From a virus (Duplodnaviria; Caudoviricetes): a stretch of DNA of 64,000 bases. The stretch is from positions 11,017-75,016 of IMG/VR virus record IMGVR_UViG_2784746785_000001; one strand, 5' to 3'. The notes beneath the pieces were generated by a model. That model worked only from the letters and a program-made list of their open reading frames with translations, did no database searches and had not been told where the DNA came from. Positions 27,474-35,934 of this stretch are shown piece after piece; position 1 is the stretch's first letter; each line of letters opens with the position of its first letter. Both the position numbers and the translations under genes were made by a program.

Positions 27474-28613
27474 ATGGCATTGGAATTCAAAACCTTGTTC
27501 CAGATTTTGAAGAAGCATCTGGCTGATGGCTACGATGTACCTCATTTCTTTCGTGATCTTATGGCTATGTTGACAGAGGTTACTGAGGAGGAATGGGGAA
27601 CTTCAAAAGATCCTTCCCAAGCGGGGAGAGATAAGTCTTTGCGCAGTTACGCAAAGCGCGGGCTACCTAAGAAGCTGGCACAAACAATCGTCTATAGACT
27701 TACTCCAGAGAATGTGGTTGATAGCATCAACAGCCATGGTGAAACGCAGCGGCGATTACTTGCGGAAGATTTGGAAGGATATGATCCCGATATAAACGCC
27801 GATAATGTTGCCGAGAAAGTTGCGGCTTGGCTGGTGGAAATAGTTCAGGTCTCTGCTGGACTTGTCCCACAGGACGAACTGACAAAGCAGAAACAGCAGC
27901 AGCTTGACGCACAGCTAAAAAGCAAATATGGCGACTACCTGCTTGCCGAAGAGGAAAACCATTGTGCGTTCCCCGGCTGCGGGCGCGAACTTGTGCTGAC
28001 TAAGGACGGCAGAATCTCCTACGCATATGAGGTAAGTCTGATTGATAAAGTTGCACCGGCAGTTCCCGACAATCTTCTGGCGATGTGTCCGCAGTGCCAT
28101 GCAACCTATCTGCTTGATTCCAACAAGAAGCTATGCAAGGAACTTCAGGAGACAAAAAAGGTACTGGCAACGCATAGACAGAATGTGCACATGCTTGATG
28201 ACCTTCCCTTGGAAAAAGGAATCGTCAGCGTGATAACGAGAATCGCCAAACTGAATGAAAAGGATCTTGCAGATGCGTCGCTTGATCCAAAGGAGATAAA
28301 GCAGAAGCTCGATCCGACAAAGGACACAGCCATCTACTATGCGGTGAACAATTACGTCGGCGTTTACTTTGTACGAATCAGAGAAATTATGATGAATCTT
28401 GATAAGCGCAGCGTCATTGACTACGAGGAAATCCAAGATCAGATGCATGCGCTGTACCGCCGCTTGAAGAAGGCGAAGAAAACTCGCCTTGAAATATTCA
28501 ACGAGATAACGAACAAGGTACATCGCGTCTCGCTGCAGGATGAAATCTACTGCCAGATCGTGGTTGCCTACTTCGTTCAAAGCTGTGAGGTGTTCGATGC
28601 AATTACCGAATAA
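27474..28613 (+). CDS. ABC-three-component (Lamassu-like) effector: HNH-like Zn module plus C-terminal CTD
   Basis: HCAFPGC...DNLLAMCPQCH; C-terminal IVVAYFVQSCEVFD typical of ABC-3C CTDs. Confidence 0.75.
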   Translation: MALEFKTLFQILKKHLADGYDVPHFFRDLMAMLTEVTEEEWGTSKDPSQAGRDKSLRSYAKRGLPKKLAQTIVYRLTPENVVDSINSHGETQRRLLAEDLEGYDPDINADNVAEKVAAWLVEIVQVSAGLVPQDELTKQKQQQLDAQLKSKYGDYLLAEEENHCAFPGCGRELVLTKDGRISYAYEVSLIDKVAPAVPDNLLAMCPQCHATYLLDSNKKLCKELQETKKVLATHRQNVHMLDDLPLEKGIVSVITRIAKLNEKDLADASLDPKEIKQKLDPTKDTAIYYAVNNYVGVYFVRIREIMMNLDKRSVIDYEEIQDQMHALYRRLKKAKKTRLEIFNEITNKVHRVSLQDEIYCQIVVAYFVQSCEVFDAITE

Positions 28614-28827
28614 GCTTTATTCATATGAAGAAAGCACCCTGGCATTGTTGCCGAGGGTGCTGAACGAACTGAAAAACGGGTCAGTTTCTGCGGGAGAGCT
28701 GTATCTATCGCTGAAGCATAGCCTGAAGGATCCTACGGATTTTCTATCCGCAATGGACTGCCTCTACGCTTTGCGGGCAATAGACATGAGCGATGACGGG
28801 GAGGTTTCCATATGCTTAAAGAAATGA
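28597..28827 (+). CDS. ABC-3C middle component (LmuC-like)
   Basis: MQLPNKLYSYEESTL...FLSAMDCLYALRAID; overlaps both neighbours. Confidence 0.78.
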   Translation: MQLPNKLYSYEESTLALLPRVLNELKNGSVSAGELYLSLKHSLKDPTDFLSAMDCLYALRAIDMSDDGEVSICLKK

Positions 28828-30464
28828 GATCCCCGGCCTTCAGAATAGATGGTGAGGAGAGACCGCCGATAACTTTTCACGAGGGATTAAATGTTGTCCT
28901 TGGAATGGGAAACGGCAAGAATTCAATAGGAAAGTCCTCTGCAATGCAGGCTATCGACTTTGTGTTCGGTGGAAGCACCTATGTCAAAGGCGACGGCGTA
29001 AAGCATGTGGGGCACCATACGATTTTCTTCACGTTTGAATTTGACGGGCAGGAATACCGCTTTGCAAGAAATACCGGTGATCCGGATATTATTCAGGTGT
29101 GTACAGACGGATATGCCTTGACCGGAGAGACGAAGGGGAAAAGCGAATTTGTTGAGTGGCTTAAAGGAAAATATGACCTTGACTATCCCGGCTTGTCTTT
29201 CCGTTCTACACTGAGCAGTTTTTTCCGGATGCATGGGAAAAGCAATGTGAGCGCCCAGGAGACTCCACTGTATGGTGTGCGCGGGGACAGCATGCAGAAA
29301 TCATTGGACCGGCTTGTCAAGTTGTTCAATCGATATAAGGACATTGAGGCTTCCAACGCCAATCTGAGGGAACAGGACGATAAGCTCACCGCATACAAGG
29401 CTGCACGGAAGTATCAGTTTGTCTCCGATCTCGTTGGCGGCGACAAGCAATATGAAGCGAATTCCGCCAAGATCCGCTCTCTGCAGGTGGAACTTGATAA
29501 TCTCACTTCCGAGCAAGTGGAGGTGCATTCTGAAGAGGATATCGAAAAGCAGCAGAAGAAGGCCGAGCTTCGTGGACGAAAGCTTAAAATCGAGACGCAG
29601 ATCGAGGCAAAGCAACGTCGATTGAATCTGCTGGATATGAGCCTTGAGTATGGCCTGTATCCGACACAGGCTGATCTGAAATCCCTGCAGGAGTTCTTTC
29701 CTGACGTGAATATCCGGAAGCTTTACGAGGTGGAGAACTATCATCAAAAGCTCGCCAGGATTCTCGATGACCAGTTTGAAAGCGAAAAACAGGCTGTTCT
29801 TCTTGAGATCGCGGATTTGGTAGGACAGAGAAAAGATGTCAGTGAGCAGATAAAGGCACTCGGATTTGTGGGAAACATTTCCAAGGAGTTCCTTGACAGG
29901 CATTCAGAGTTAAAGGGAACCATTGATGCGTTGAAAGCACAGAACGAGTCATATTTGACACTTCGAGATTTGAAGGAGGCAAAAAAACTCGCGAATGATC
30001 AACTGAAAAATGCCATCCGGCAGGTCCTAACTGATATCGAGCAGACCATCAATGCAAAGATGGCCGAATACAACAGCACGTTGTATTCAGAACACCATAA
30101 CCCGCCAAAGCTGACGATTAAGGAATACAATAGTTTCACGTTTGAAACTAAGGGAGACGACGGAACGGCAGCGGCTTACAAGGGAATGATCATATATGAT
30201 CTTGCGATTTTGAACACTACTGGCCTTCCAGCAATCGCACATGATTCTTTGCTCTATGGTGATTTGAGTTTTGAACTGGTAGAGGGAATCATGAAGCTGT
30301 ACATGCAGAATAAAAAACAGGTGTTCATTTCATTTGACAAGCAGGAGGCACATACTCCTGAAACGCAGCGGATACTTGAAGACCATACAGTCATAAGGTT
30401 ATCTGATGGAACCGGAAAGCTATATGGACAGTCATGGGATACAGAGACAGAGGATGAGTCATGA
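28812..30464 (+). CDS. ABC-3C SMC-like ATPase (DUF2326, LmuB-like)
   Basis: Walker A NSIGKSSAMQAIDFVFGG, long coiled coil, KGDDGTAAAYK, IAHDS Walker B variant. Confidence 0.85.
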   Translation: MLKEMRSPAFRIDGEERPPITFHEGLNVVLGMGNGKNSIGKSSAMQAIDFVFGGSTYVKGDGVKHVGHHTIFFTFEFDGQEYRFARNTGDPDIIQVCTDGYALTGETKGKSEFVEWLKGKYDLDYPGLSFRSTLSSFFRMHGKSNVSAQETPLYGVRGDSMQKSLDRLVKLFNRYKDIEASNANLREQDDKLTAYKAARKYQFVSDLVGGDKQYEANSAKIRSLQVELDNLTSEQVEVHSEEDIEKQQKKAELRGRKLKIETQIEAKQRRLNLLDMSLEYGLYPTQADLKSLQEFFPDVNIRKLYEVENYHQKLARILDDQFESEKQAVLLEIADLVGQRKDVSEQIKALGFVGNISKEFLDRHSELKGTIDALKAQNESYLTLRDLKEAKKLANDQLKNAIRQVLTDIEQTINAKMAEYNSTLYSEHHNPPKLTIKEYNSFTFETKGDDGTAAAYKGMIIYDLAILNTTGLPAIAHDSLLYGDLSFELVEGIMKLYMQNKKQVFISFDKQEAHTPETQRILEDHTVIRLSDGTGKLYGQSWDTETEDES

Positions 30465-30745
30465 AGAGAAAAATGAGCTATAAGAAACTGTGGAAGTTGC
30501 TGATTGACAGAGATATGAAAAAAACAGACCTCAGAACAGGAGCGGGTATCAGTTCGTCTTCCCTCGCTAAGCTCAGCAAGGACGAAAATGTCACGACAGA
30601 TGTTTTGCTGCGGATATGTGACTCGTTGGATGTAGATTTGAATGATATAGCAGAAACTGTGCCTGAAGGTGAAACAGTTGTAGAAGTAAGAGCTGAGAAA
30701 CGCAGGCGAACGGCAACAAAACAACATAGGATTGAAAGAACCTGA
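30461..30745 (+). CDS. Cro/C1-type HTH regulator
   Basis: MSYKKLWKLLIDRDMKKTDL...LLRICDSLDVDLNDI. Confidence 0.88.
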   Translation: MKRKMSYKKLWKLLIDRDMKKTDLRTGAGISSSSLAKLSKDENVTTDVLLRICDSLDVDLNDIAETVPEGETVVEVRAEKRRRTATKQHRIERT

Positions 30746-30838
30746 TGAGGATATGATAGAGATTTAAATTCGCAGGCACAAAAGGACTTATAAATAAGCT
30801 TTCTAATTTAAGCTGATATTACATAGAGAAGAGGATAC

Positions 30839-33800
30839 TTGCAGATGCTTAATAGGGAAATTCCCTTTAGACCAAAGCTTGAGGGCGATTTTCGAATTCG
30901 GTTTTACAATGCTGTATCAAGCATTACTGAACAGACTTCGCTTTTTGAAATCGAGCAAATAGCCAACGATGAAATAAGGTGGGTGCAGGATGAGTGCACC
31001 TATAATTTGGAGCAAAGAAAAAAATATAGAGCGATATGGATGCTTTTCCGCGATTTAACGAGAGCATCCTGGAAAGCGTGCTACCGAGATGGCGTTTTAT
31101 ATATGAGCTTACCTAGCCTGAATGGGGCCAATTTCCACGACAGCTCATCTCCTGAGGTAAAAAGCTTATTGAGGAAATGGATGAGCGAAAGCCGCCACGA
31201 GCGCTTGGTTTCATACACTGATTTTATTCAACGGATGGAGCGCAAGAATTCAAGCGGGCATAGCATAGATGAACTTATTGCTGATGGACAAGAATTAAGC
31301 AATAGACTAAGGAAAGCAAAAGATGGCGCTATTGATATTTCTGAGGCAGTAAAACCGTATTTACAGCTAGTAGTTGAAAATGAAAGAGATGAGTATACAG
31401 GCATAAAGACATCTGAGATATGGAGATATTTTCGCCTTACGTGGTCAACCCCTGCAGAAACCACGCCTGGAAGAACTATGCAATATCTTATTAGAGACGC
31501 AGCTCATCCCATGCATGCAGTTATGGGTATTGCTTCTCTTGAAAACTGTGCAGTTCAGATTACATGCCGCGATGATTTCATTGGCTGGAATCAGAAGGCT
31601 TTTATTGATCGAATCACAAAGCTGAACTCCGAACAGGCACGTGCTGAATTTGACAGACTTTTGAATTACATAGAAGTTGGCATTTCAGGGATTGATTATG
31701 AGGAACTTTGTACACAGGCAACTGTAGATAATCCGACGGATGAGGATATACAGCAACTGCTCGATATTGCCACAAGTGCTGAGCAGCGTAGGCAGGAGTT
31801 ACTAAAAAAAGGTGTAATTGACGGTATAGATGAGGAAGATAAAAGCGATCTAGGGAGCATTTCAAAAGAAACCGAGGATGCGCTTTACAGAAGAAAAAGA
31901 GCGGAGCAGTTAGGACGGCTTTTGATGGCAAAAAAAGAGCTTTTAGCTGTTTATAGGTCTGAGGATTTTAATTCGATTTGGGTAGAGTTCTGTAATAGCG
32001 AGGTAGGAAATTCCTCTATAAGAACAGCTTTGGTTGCTCAAAAGACTCAACATATCGGGTCAAGCTTAATGGAACTGAATGTTTGCGGTGCTATACCACC
32101 ATATAATGAAATCCTTGGAGGAAAGCTTGTCGCGCTACTGGCATTATCTCCGCAGGTAATACACGATTATAAGGAACGCTATTCAAATAAGGCTAGTATG
32201 ATTGCAAGCCGACTTAAAGGTGAGGATGTCGTTCGCCCTGCTGATTTGGTGTATGTGGGAACTACATCCTTGTACTATGTTGGCTCAAGTCAATATAACA
32301 GATTAAAAATACCTGGAAGCATATTTAATGACGACTATGATGTTGTATGGAAAAAGCTTGGTATGACAATTGGCTATGGCACAATGCATATTAGTAAGGC
32401 CACAACCCTTAGCCTTACTGAGGCAACAAGCGAAGGCTTTACTCGTATTAACCATGTATTTGGTGAAGGCGCAAGTCCTAAGATGCGTCTTTTGACGATG
32501 GCCATCCGTGAGTTACTAGAGTCAACAAATGAGGACTCAAAGGATTTTTCAAAGCATGCCATGTCTCGAATTGTTTATGGTGCTTGTTTAGCCAAAAATA
32601 CAGTGCAGTACTTAATGGGTGAAGCAGATAAACCTGATTATTACACTGATGTATCAAAATATCAGGAAGGGACACAAAAAATAATAGATTACTGGACAAA
32701 TCGATGGTTGAAAAGCAGATTGAATTTTGAACCGATTTACCAGAGAATCCGCGATTTTGATAAGAAGAACCTGATGGTTGGATATCAGATTAATGACGAT
32801 GAAAGATGGAAATTCGAGAAACTCGAGGAGGTGCCACAAATGCCAGCTAATGATGAGAATAAGGTTGGGCTGCAGTTTGTCCGTGATTTCTATAGAGGAA
32901 TGAGCGCCTATGCGGATCATATCGCCCCAAAACTCCTCACGGGAATTCATCTAAAGACAAAATTAGATGATGCTGTCCTTAATGCGGCAAGGTCTGGAAA
33001 AGACGTTGTTCTCACTGGGAATCCAGGAGATGGAAAAACGCACATTATCCGCATGCTGAAGGATCAGCTAGAAAAACTGGCTGTTCCGATGGTAATCGAG
33101 CTTGATGCGAGTACTCTATCTGACGAAGAAATATATTCTCATTGGGAGCAGGCTCATAAGGATGGCAAGGCGTTTATCATAGCAATAAATGCCGCAGTTC
33201 TTTATTCGGTTTATAAAAGCCATCCTGCGTTTGGATCTGTTAAAAATGCATATGGACAAATGGCGGATGCGATAGTCTTTCACAAAAAAGATATTGATAC
33301 TAGCTCGCTTGTCGTATTTGATCTTAGTAAACGAGAGGCGCTCACGCCTGAAATACTTAGTCAGGCCATCCTTAAAATGACTGATGAAAGCCACTATAGT
33401 GAGTGCAGGTCCTGTCCACTAAGATCAAACTGTGTGGTGCATAAAAACCGAGCGCTGCTGAGAAATGATCTTTTCCAGCAAAGGCTTGGCTTAGTATTAG
33501 AGCGAGTGTCGCTCAGAGGATATCATGCAACTATTAGAGAAATTCAAAGCTTCATTTCTTATTTGATTTTCGGTGATAGAAGTTGTAAGCAACTGAACCA
33601 GACTGCAGGGAACAGTGAATACGACCTTGTTAACCTCATATATTCAGGTAAAGGCGCGTTGTTTGACGAGATTGGAAAAGCTATCGATCCTGTCAATATT
33701 TCTCATCCTATTTGGGATGAGAGGATACTACTAAACGACATTGATTCAAACTCATGGATTGAAGGCTTTGAGGTTCCGGCAGAGGCCATTGCCTATGATA

Positions 33801-34435
33801 ATGAAGACCTTTTCAATCTTAGGAAAAGACAGTTCTTCTTTTTCAATCAGTATGGGGAGGATCTGCTTTCTATTCTTGATGATGATATATCCAGATTCAG
33901 GACTTTTCTTCAGCAAGATGATGGAAAGATAATCAAGGAGTTAATAGGGAAACTTAATAGCTTTTTTGGAGCGACTAACGCTTCTAATTCGCGGTTACAA
34001 ATATGGACGGGACATCGATACAACAATGAACCAAGAAAGGTACTTATCTCAGTTGGAACTGTAAAGAAAAGTGAATTAAGCATTGGCCATCCCAGACTTC
34101 TGTCGAGTATGCAGGAAGGAATTGATATGCTTCCTAATTATATTCGATTGGAGAAGAAGTCCTCTCCTAATACCTTTCTAAAGGTGGATTTTGAGATGTA
34201 CCTTTTGCTTAATGAGGCTCAAAGAGGTGTCCCTGTTTTGTTTACGGAATCTGATCTAGTAAAGAAGGTATGGCGGTTTATCGAACAACTACAGTCATAT
34301 AGTAGTATTGATGATGAAGATATAGTTGATATTGGCCTGATGGATGTTCAGAACAAGAAAACCATTATGGTGAGCCTTGACAGGGAAGATAATAAATATT
34401 CATCGATTGAAAGCGAAAAAACAAGGGAGGCATAA
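30839..34435 (+). CDS. DruA-like (DUF4338) domain fused to a DndF/DptF-like P-loop ATPase
   Basis: N-part: YLIRD, CRDDFIGW, CGAIPPYNEILGGKLVA, TTSLYYVGSSQYNRL. C-part: LTGNPGDGKTH, IIAINAAVL, CRSCPLRSNC, TIREIQSFISYLIFG. Confidence 0.78.
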   Translation: MQMLNREIPFRPKLEGDFRIRFYNAVSSITEQTSLFEIEQIANDEIRWVQDECTYNLEQRKKYRAIWMLFRDLTRASWKACYRDGVLYMSLPSLNGANFHDSSSPEVKSLLRKWMSESRHERLVSYTDFIQRMERKNSSGHSIDELIADGQELSNRLRKAKDGAIDISEAVKPYLQLVVENERDEYTGIKTSEIWRYFRLTWSTPAETTPGRTMQYLIRDAAHPMHAVMGIASLENCAVQITCRDDFIGWNQKAFIDRITKLNSEQARAEFDRLLNYIEVGISGIDYEELCTQATVDNPTDEDIQQLLDIATSAEQRRQELLKKGVIDGIDEEDKSDLGSISKETEDALYRRKRAEQLGRLLMAKKELLAVYRSEDFNSIWVEFCNSEVGNSSIRTALVAQKTQHIGSSLMELNVCGAIPPYNEILGGKLVALLALSPQVIHDYKERYSNKASMIASRLKGEDVVRPADLVYVGTTSLYYVGSSQYNRLKIPGSIFNDDYDVVWKKLGMTIGYGTMHISKATTLSLTEATSEGFTRINHVFGEGASPKMRLLTMAIRELLESTNEDSKDFSKHAMSRIVYGACLAKNTVQYLMGEADKPDYYTDVSKYQEGTQKIIDYWTNRWLKSRLNFEPIYQRIRDFDKKNLMVGYQINDDERWKFEKLEEVPQMPANDENKVGLQFVRDFYRGMSAYADHIAPKLLTGIHLKTKLDDAVLNAARSGKDVVLTGNPGDGKTHIIRMLKDQLEKLAVPMVIELDASTLSDEEIYSHWEQAHKDGKAFIIAINAAVLYSVYKSHPAFGSVKNAYGQMADAIVFHKKDIDTSSLVVFDLSKREALTPEILSQAILKMTDESHYSECRSCPLRSNCVVHKNRALLRNDLFQQRLGLVLERVSLRGYHATIREIQSFISYLIFGDRSCKQLNQTAGNSEYDLVNLIYSGKGALFDEIGKAIDPVNISHPIWDERILLNDIDSNSWIEGFEVPAEAIAYDNEDLFNLRKRQFFFFNQYGEDLLSILDDDISRFRTFLQQDDGKIIKELIGKLNSFFGATNASNSRLQIWTGHRYNNEPRKVLISVGTVKKSELSIGHPRLLSSMQEGIDMLPNYIRLEKKSSPNTFLKVDFEMYLLLNEAQRGVPVLFTESDLVKKVWRFIEQLQSYSSIDDEDIVDIGLMDVQNKKTIMVSLDREDNKYSSIESEKTREA

Positions 34436-34440
34436 CTGTA

Positions 34441-35934
34441 ATGGAAAGAATATACCTACGCGAAGCACGTGGAGATGTTGATAAAAAATATGTTGGATTT
34501 ACTCCCAATGGGTCTGCAGTTAAGCCGGTCCATATTGCGGGAGGGTCTCTACGCTGTATCTACGGTAAATACAATCGCACGCGAAATATAAAGAAAATGG
34601 CACTTGTTTCTGATGCGAAGGGTAATGTGCCTTCTGGGAATGACGCTGATACGATTTATCAGGAGTTAGAGAATAAGGAATTAATTGAAGATAACGTTAC
34701 AGAAAACTCAGTCGAATCTATGCGAAATGAAATGCAAAGACTGCTTTCTGTAGATAGAGGTGTTTATGTCGTTAAAGGATTGAAGGATGGGATGATTTCT
34801 TACTCTGCTGGTTCAAAATACTTTTTGACTAGTAAGGCGATGTATGAGGATGCTGGAGAATTTATGGGAAGCATCGTTAGAGCCTATTGTCCTGACCTTG
34901 CGGAGTATATAAGTGAACTTCTTGATAAAGGAACAGATGCAATTACTCTGTTATTTCAACCTGTTCTTGAGGCTGACATGGAGGAATTCACTGACCAGAA
35001 TCAATATGAGGATATCCCTGCGTTTCAGAGCATGAATGACCAAATGAAAAGGTTTACCACCGGCATTGCTGAAGCCGGTTCATGCCTGTTGGACAATCTG
35101 CGGCATCATCCGAATCCCTTGACACAACTGAGGCTTTTTAACTTTTTTTGCATCTTTAACTTGATTAGATATATGGCCCTGCTAGAAGCCTTTTATTGTG
35201 GTGAGTCCGTTAGACCAATCCTTCTTGATTTTAGCGGTAAAAGTCAAAGCTTTAGCAGCGTTGCTCGTGCCTCAGAGATGTCTTATACGCAAATGTATAA
35301 ATCCATCAACAGATTTTATGCGTGGGGCTATGCAAAATGGCTTGAAGACGACAAGGGATATACAAAGGACGATCTCTTAAACTCCGAAACTCCAGCATAT
35401 GAGGAAGGTAAAAAGGTATCGAAAACGAGCAAGGAGGAATTAGATGCCTTGTGGACGCTTGCAAAGGAACGAGCGAGTACCCTTGATGGGGAGGAAATGT
35501 ATACAGCGTTTGGCGAGACAATGTATGACATGCTTGCGCTGGAGGCCTCTTCACATCCGGTTAATTATTTGAGAGCACTCGGTAACTTATCAGGGATTCT
35601 TTACCCGCCTGACAAATTCCATCCGAATAAGCGCTTTGTTGTTTCGCAGGATATCTTAGAGATGCTCCTGAGGAGTTGCGTTAAATCAAGTGAAGTAATA
35701 AGTGGTCAGGATATCAGAAAACGTCTATGGGACCGCTTTGGCATTATTATAGGCGGCGGACAATTTGAAATGACGACTCTTCACCAGAGTGGCATGATCC
35801 TTCAGATCGACGAAGATGCTCTAGAAGATAATTTCTCTGCCTTTGCATCTGTTCTTGAGTCAATGGATTTTGCAGAAATCATGGCAGATGGCATTTTGCA
35901 GATCAGATTAGGAGGCACTGAAAATGATAGATAA
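34441..35934 (+). CDS. DndG/DptG-like protein
   Basis: 497 aa, between the ATPase and FtsK genes. C-terminal LEMLLRSCV...LWDRFGIIIGG...LESMDFAEIMADG resembles DndG-type C-termini. Assignment rests largely on size and synteny. Confidence 0.55.
   Translation: MERIYLREARGDVDKKYVGFTPNGSAVKPVHIAGGSLRCIYGKYNRTRNIKKMALVSDAKGNVPSGNDADTIYQELENKELIEDNVTENSVESMRNEMQRLLSVDRGVYVVKGLKDGMISYSAGSKYFLTSKAMYEDAGEFMGSIVRAYCPDLAEYISELLDKGTDAITLLFQPVLEADMEEFTDQNQYEDIPAFQSMNDQMKRFTTGIAEAGSCLLDNLRHHPNPLTQLRLFNFFCIFNLIRYMALLEAFYCGESVRPILLDFSGKSQSFSSVARASEMSYTQMYKSINRFYAWGYAKWLEDDKGYTKDDLLNSETPAYEEGKKVSKTSKEELDALWTLAKERASTLDGEEMYTAFGETMYDMLALEASSHPVNYLRALGNLSGILYPPDKFHPNKRFVVSQDILEMLLRSCVKSSEVISGQDIRKRLWDRFGIIIGGGQFEMTTLHQSGMILQIDEDALEDNFSAFASVLESMDFAEIMADGILQIRLGGTENDR

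Noticed and set aside
30839-34435. Complete canonical Druantia system
   Set aside because: No DruE helicase or other Dru genes recognised; downstream genes are Dnd/FtsK-like.
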